A DNA stretch of 64,000 nucleotides. Source: an uncultured bacterium (GTDB lineage Bacteria > Patescibacteriota > Dojkabacteria > SC72). Every line of letters begins with the position of its first letter. Position 1 is the first letter of the stretch. Of the stretch, positions 58,991 through 64,000 are shown one piece after another. Below the pieces are notes generated by a model. The model was not told the DNA's origin, ran no database searches, and saw only the letters and a program-made list of their open reading frames with translations. The translations under genes were made by a program, and so were the position numbers. The DNA lies in assembly GCA_903840015.1 (NCBI GenBank), contig CAIMEL010000004.1:97452-161451 (forward strand), written 5' to 3'.

Positions 58991-61270
58991 CTAGAAAGGT
59001 TTCAAACCAATCTCGCTTTTGAAAACTAGTTTCTCACCACCAAAAAGAGCATTTATCAATTTACCATATTTGACATGATTTACAACATTTACAACAGGGT
59101 AGGGGTGCCTATCTTGTAAATGTAGTTCCCTAGCGATGTTTATACTAACACCAGTATCAGGATCTTTTCCAAAAGCTATTAAACCTCCTTCAACTATTAA
59201 AGCATCTTTCCTTGCATTCAGTGGTTTGTTCTCATTCAAAATATTTATGACACCACCACTCATCAGATAGGCTTCAATAACATCAAATCCTATTGAGGTA
59301 GAAGTTGTATGATCATCACCTTTTCCTATATTTATATTTCCATTAACAATGAAAACACATGCATCGGATTTTTTTACTCCCTTAAAATCAGGTTCAATAT
59401 TTAAATCTCCCTCAATCAAAAATACTCCTCTTCCATCACAGAGGAAACCTTTACTGACAGCTAGATTCCCCTCTACATTAGCAACATAAACCTTGTCCGT
59501 ACAGTATCCTTCCAAGCAGTAATCGGAAAGTTTACCATTTAACGATTTAATAGCAGGATCTATCTGTGTCATCACATCAGGAGAAACATTCTTTAATTTC
59601 TTAAAATAGGTATAGTAAATATCTTTAGTATAAGGATTTGTAATATTTGTAACTCTATACGAAGCATTTCTGTTAAGTAATATTCGAAGATTAAGAACTG
59701 AATCAACAGTACCGGTAAGAAGTTCAGTGGAAAGATCTGCTGTACTCTCTGTGAACCCATACTCAAAGAGATCACTCAGGAGCCATACATTACTTGATAG
59801 TTCACGAACATCAACACTAGTCCCTCCTTGTGAGAAGAAGAATCCACCTCGACTTTGAATCCATTCGCCTAATTTGAATCTTAATTGTTTAGTCGTTGAA
59901 TTACATGCCAAATCAAATGTTGTAACGAAGAAATCAATATACCCACCTCGATTGAGACCCAATCCCATTTTTTCTTCTCGATTTGCAAGATTTAATACCT
60001 TCCACAAAATATTATCTCCAGTAAGTTTTCCTACCAAATCAGATTCTTTCTGGAAGTTCAACAGAAAGGTACTACCATCAGGATAAGGGTATGTTATTTC
60101 AGCATTCTTTATCATATCCTGTTTCAATCGGAAAGCATTTCCGACAGAGTTGGTAATCCTAGTTTCATTATCCTGAGAATTCCAGAACAAACTAACCTCA
60201 GTTGGTCCATTGATTGTCATAGACAAAGGATCAACAGTAGGGGGGGTTAAATCAACTGTCCATTGATCACCTTTTCTCCAATCCTTGTAGAATCTAATCT
60301 GATTAGCTTTGTAAGGAAGCTTATTCAGCTTATCTGGATTTGTATAATTGTCATACGGAGTGAACCCAAACGTATCATTGGCCATAGCATATACATCATA
60401 TTTACCTTGATAGACCTGCTCATAGATATCAACTTTAGAGTCCTTGTTTAAGAACTCAATATTGAAATTGCTAACAACCTTATTAGTTTGCGAAAGAGTT
60501 AAGTTGGTAATTCTTACCATAGCTTTTCCAGTAGGTCCTTCAATCGTAAAATCAGAACCAACCTCAGCTACTTTTACCCAGTACATTTTGTCACCCAAAT
60601 ATGGAACGTAGATCTCTTTCCAGGAACCACTTACCTTTCGAACCATAAAACCAAAACTATAGTTATTTCTTGTCTTACCTGAAGATCTGCTTGCTCCTAG
60701 CCACTGTATCTCTGTAGGAGTTGTACCTGCCTTACTCATCCAGAAATACACAGCTTCAAGGGTCTTAACATCTACAGAGCTTGAATATTTAGCCTCGACA
60801 GCTACAGGGTTGTTAATACTCAACCCTGACGATATATTGCTCGTACAATCATAAATATTTGTATTGGACGGTTTGACGGGCTTGAATTCTACCTCGGCAC
60901 CTGTCCAGTTTGGATATTCATCACAATCTTCTTTCGCAGGATCACAGTAAGGAGGTATTTCATAACACATTCCAGTTTTTGTTTCGCCACATCCCTTATC
61001 ACACGATACACTCTTTGCTGGATATCCAGTATTGGTACTTGTAGTGCCTTCGGGACAAGCAGGTAGGGTACAGCTGTGAGGCGTACATGTGTCATCATCA
61101 TCTCCATCATCACAACCTGGAGAATTACAGGGAATAAAAGTCCTAGGAGGGGTACTCCAGTATGCTTTACATGCAGCATCACAAGGAGTACAACCATCAG
61201 CAGAAACTTTGTCAACAAAGAAAAGACTTAGAGTGAAAAAGATTGAGATTAAAATAAAAAGTTTTTTCAT
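58991..61270 (-). CDS. secreted Cys-rich putative pilus-associated adhesin
   Basis: Signal peptide, Cys/Asp-rich N-terminus, beta-rich C-terminus; directly upstream of pilM. Confidence 0.7.
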   Translation of the reverse strand: MKKLFILISIFFTLSLFFVDKVSADGCTPCDAACKAYWSTPPRTFIPCNSPGCDDGDDDDTCTPHSCTLPACPEGTTSTNTGYPAKSVSCDKGCGETKTGMCYEIPPYCDPAKEDCDEYPNWTGAEVEFKPVKPSNTNIYDCTSNISSGLSINNPVAVEAKYSSSVDVKTLEAVYFWMSKAGTTPTEIQWLGASRSSGKTRNNYSFGFMVRKVSGSWKEIYVPYLGDKMYWVKVAEVGSDFTIEGPTGKAMVRITNLTLSQTNKVVSNFNIEFLNKDSKVDIYEQVYQGKYDVYAMANDTFGFTPYDNYTNPDKLNKLPYKANQIRFYKDWRKGDQWTVDLTPPTVDPLSMTINGPTEVSLFWNSQDNETRITNSVGNAFRLKQDMIKNAEITYPYPDGSTFLLNFQKESDLVGKLTGDNILWKVLNLANREEKMGLGLNRGGYIDFFVTTFDLACNSTTKQLRFKLGEWIQSRGGFFFSQGGTSVDVRELSSNVWLLSDLFEYGFTESTADLSTELLTGTVDSVLNLRILLNRNASYRVTNITNPYTKDIYYTYFKKLKNVSPDVMTQIDPAIKSLNGKLSDYCLEGYCTDKVYVANVEGNLAVSKGFLCDGRGVFLIEGDLNIEPDFKGVKKSDACVFIVNGNINIGKGDDHTTSTSIGFDVIEAYLMSGGVINILNENKPLNARKDALIVEGGLIAFGKDPDTGVSINIARELHLQDRHPYPVVNVVNHVKYGKLINALFGGEKLVFKSEIGLKPF

Positions 61271-61271
61271 A

Positions 61272-62792
61272 TTATCTCAAGAGTAAATTAATCAATTCAA
61301 CTTGATCTAAAACAAAGTATTCCAATTCAAAACCTTCTGGAACATATGAATACAAGACAGAATATTTCCTGTCTAAACTTCTCTCCAAGAGACTCTGTAG
61401 AGACTCATCGAATTCAATCATATTGTTCATATCTAAGAACCTAATCGCAGCGATATAGTTAATATTTTCTAAGAGCGCAAGATCTCTCGACATATTGTTT
61501 TCACCCACGTAATTAAGGATCCTATCTATATCACCCTTGTAGTATGAATCACCAGTTTCTCGATATAACTCTTCTGCAGCTAAACCTATGTAGTAAATTT
61601 CCTGAGATTGTTTTTTAGAAATTCCAAAGGTATATATTAAATTCTGATATCCCTTTTTTAACAGTGCCTTATCTTCCTTAGAAAGAGATCCATCTTCGGC
61701 AGAGAGCCATTCGATCATCCCAAGTAACAAATCGGTATTTAGTCTTACATAGTTCTCACCACCAACAAAACCCGATTGTTGCCTACTTGTAGTAAGTACT
61801 ATCTCCTTCTCTAATATCGTAGAAAGACTTACCAATTTATTGTTATCGCTAAGCCAGTTTGACTCATACGATTTATACAAAGTCTCATCACACCAAGTCA
61901 GAGCATCTTCTTTCCAGTTAGTACTAAAAACATCTATACAATCTTTGCCACAACTCTCTATATTCCGAACAAAACTGTGCACATCATCACAGCTCGCCCC
62001 TCCATATTTCTTTATCTCAAACTGCCTCTTTGAATCCAATTCCGAACTTAAGAAATTCGCCAAATCTATTCTTTCCTCCTGCCCATATATATCAAAGGTA
62101 TTACTTAATGTTACTAATATTTTAAAGAAATATCTTCCAACAAGATATTTTGGAACTACAACCTCATTATCAATATCGACAAAAACATTCCTGTTCGTCG
62201 CATCAGTATAGAACAGTAACGCCAAAGGATGTATATCTTCTTCCGTATTTAATTTACGAATCCAACTAACAAGATTCTTTACCAAATCTCTTCTATTCTC
62301 TGCTAGACTTAATTCCTGATTCGTAATATTCCAACTAACAATGGAAGCTACAGGATCTACATAATTAAATGAGAAAAATTTCCTAATTCCCAAGAGTAGA
62401 GAAGAGTAGAGATCCTCTTTTTCGAAAACTATACCAAGTTTGGTTGCCTTGCCTTTCTGGACACCGATTATTGAAGGATGATCGCTTAGGATTGTTGGCA
62501 ATTCTATATTCCTTGCAGTTCCTTCAATATCAACATAATTGATCTTCACAAATTCTTCACCAATAACAATGTCTGTTAAAAGAAACTCCTGTGTTAAAGT
62601 TATACGAGAAGCACCTTCACAATTAACTTTAAAACCACTTTCTTGAAGACTTTTAACATTTTTGTAAACTGAACAATCCTTTTGATATGCCAGACCTAAA
62701 TAGAACATTCCTGAGATAGTGAGTAGTACAACAGCAGCGACAAAAAGTAGAATATAGGTAATTATTTTTCTCTTAGGCTTTGGATCATACAT
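61272..62792 (-). CDS. hypothetical membrane-anchored protein
   Basis: 506 aa, N-terminal TM; 1-nt gap to next gene. Confidence 0.7.
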   Translation of the reverse strand: MYDPKPKRKIITYILLFVAAVVLLTISGMFYLGLAYQKDCSVYKNVKSLQESGFKVNCEGASRITLTQEFLLTDIVIGEEFVKINYVDIEGTARNIELPTILSDHPSIIGVQKGKATKLGIVFEKEDLYSSLLLGIRKFFSFNYVDPVASIVSWNITNQELSLAENRRDLVKNLVSWIRKLNTEEDIHPLALLFYTDATNRNVFVDIDNEVVVPKYLVGRYFFKILVTLSNTFDIYGQEERIDLANFLSSELDSKRQFEIKKYGGASCDDVHSFVRNIESCGKDCIDVFSTNWKEDALTWCDETLYKSYESNWLSDNNKLVSLSTILEKEIVLTTSRQQSGFVGGENYVRLNTDLLLGMIEWLSAEDGSLSKEDKALLKKGYQNLIYTFGISKKQSQEIYYIGLAAEELYRETGDSYYKGDIDRILNYVGENNMSRDLALLENINYIAAIRFLDMNNMIEFDESLQSLLERSLDRKYSVLYSYVPEGFELEYFVLDQVELINLLLR

Positions 62793-62817
62793 AAAGGGAG
62801 GCAGTTATAACTTAATC

Positions 62818-63204
62818 CTATCCTAAATACTTAGAAAGCTCTCTAACAAGACCCTGATAATCCAAATCTGTTTTAACCAAGTACGAAGAAGATCCCAAAT
62901 CAAAAGATTCCTTTATCACAGCTTCACTTGTCATATTCGTAAGGACTACAATAGGCATATCACCATATTTGTCTGGATTTGCTTTCACAGCCCTCAACAC
63001 CTCCAAGCCATCAACACCTGGCATCATGAGATCAAGCAATACCAGATTTACACCTCCGATATTCTTCGACAACAAATCTAAACCTTGATACCCATCTAAA
63101 GCTGTCATTGCACTATATCCTGCAGATTCCACAAGCTCTTTATATGAATCTAAAAGTTCTTTTTCATCTTCTACGATTAATATTGTTTTTCCTTTGTCAG
63201 ACAT
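62818..63204 (-). CDS. single-domain response regulator (receiver)
   Basis: ILIVEDE, LLDLMMPGVDG, VLTN, YLVK. Confidence 0.93.
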   Translation of the reverse strand: MSDKGKTILIVEDEKELLDSYKELVESAGYSAMTALDGYQGLDLLSKNIGGVNLVLLDLMMPGVDGLEVLRAVKANPDKYGDMPIVVLTNMTSEAVIKESFDLGSSSYLVKTDLDYQGLVRELSKYLG

Positions 63205-63222
63205 AATATATTATGTAAAAAA

Positions 63223-63999
63223 TTAATATGGCTGTAATAGCCCACTTCCATTATACACAGTATAATCAAAAATTGTAGAATAACTCTGATTGTTTTCCCT
63301 CGGTATCAAGACATCTTTACCTCTTGAAGCATTAGCGCAGGTCACAGTAACAGAAACTTTGACTGTTTTAAGATCTAATTCACCAGCACATCCCTCATTA
63401 TTTAATACCGATTTTACAGCCACAGTACCTGCAATAGGGGTAATTCTAATTTCATCAAGGCTATATCCACCTTTGACATCTTTCAAACCTATCTCAAGAG
63501 GCTCCAAGGTACTTTGTAGGGTCCAAGATGCTTTGTCCTGCAATCTGCTATTGGTACATTCAGTAGTACTTGAAATACAATAGGGGAGGATATCTTCCAA
63601 AGCGTACTCTTTGTATTCAATTAAATCAGAGACCTTTTTCCCATATACCTTATGCACTAGCAATCCAACAGAACTATATCCTCTTGGTTCTGTATAAAGC
63701 TGTAATTTACAACCATCTGCAACAGAAGAGTAGTTCGGTCCTACAATGTATCCCATTGTAGTAGAGTCTGTTAACTCAAGATATTCTTGAGAGGTAAGAG
63801 ATAATTTAACTTTAATACTAGAAGTTCCCTCTTTACACGATGCAAAAACATCACTATCCAAATCATCCATCTCATAACTTGCCAAGAGATTCTTCAAATC
63901 TTTATACCCCTGGACCTCTACATCTCCCTGCTCAACAGATTGAAATAGGGTAGTGGTATTTATTGAAGCAAATAGATTGATATATGAGTCAGCTATTTC
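63223..63999 (-). CDS. hypothetical protein (5' end beyond window), possibly PilX/minor-pilin-like
   Basis: Frame open to the window edge; several Cys; ends in IFDYTVYNG; lies in the pilus locus. Confidence 0.6.
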   Translation of the reverse strand, partial: EIADSYINLFASINTTTLFQSVEQGDVEVQGYKDLKNLLASYEMDDLDSDVFASCKEGTSSIKVKLSLTSQEYLELTDSTTMGYIVGPNYSSVADGCKLQLYTEPRGYSSVGLLVHKVYGKKVSDLIEYKEYALEDILPYCISSTTECTNSRLQDKASWTLQSTLEPLEIGLKDVKGGYSLDEIRITPIAGTVAVKSVLNNEGCAGELDLKTVKVSVTVTCANASRGKDVLIPRENNQSYSTIFDYTVYNGSGLLQPY

Positions 64000-64000
64000 T

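Noticed and set aside
643-63761. Many short antisense or alternative-frame ORFs in the track (e.g. 643-1035, 34807-35292, 46131-46664)
   Set aside because: They are shadows of well-supported genes, with no motifs or initiation signals noticed
1-64000. Alternative genetic code (UGA recoding as in Gracilibacteria/SR1)
   Set aside because: Conserved genes are full-length under the standard code, and TGA serves as a stop (e.g. ftsI, rsmI, recG)

Overview
This is a low-GC, gene-dense bacterial chromosome segment. It looks like Patescibacteria/CPR, plausibly Dojkabacteria-like; that is an inference from the compact housekeeping genes, sortase, type IV pilus genes, DUF2341 surface protein, membrane-anchored Clp ATPase and scarce Shine-Dalgarno sites. 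Housekeeping content: partial murA, murF, mraZ-rsmH-ftsL-ftsI-mraY-like, tatD, rsmI/truB, rarA, tyrS, a rel-family gene, recG, thrS-infC-rpmI-rplT-pheST, PBP1A, hisS, mutS, tig-clpP, tRNA-Val(GAC), rpmF-nusB-rnc-rpsP-khpA and a pilMNO cluster. I saw no CRISPR array, rRNA, integrase or transposase. The most notable observations are: (1) a three-gene Cys-based operon (glutaredoxin fused to a membrane CPIC domain, a helical partner, and an unannotated 35-aa DCCLE peptide with its own strong SD); (2) a small membrane gene inside an rRNA-leader-like RNA architecture (promoter, hairpin, boxA-like motif, SD-sequestering stem, 5'-3' pairing); (3) apparent pseudo-enzymes (PEP synthase with His->Asp, MraY lacking catalytic Asp residues, Rel with a degenerate hydrolase); (4) a Doc toxin with an unannotated 33-aa mini-antitoxin; (5) a surface protein carrying phage-tail-fibre-like HxH modules; (6) widespread apparent leaderless transcription.
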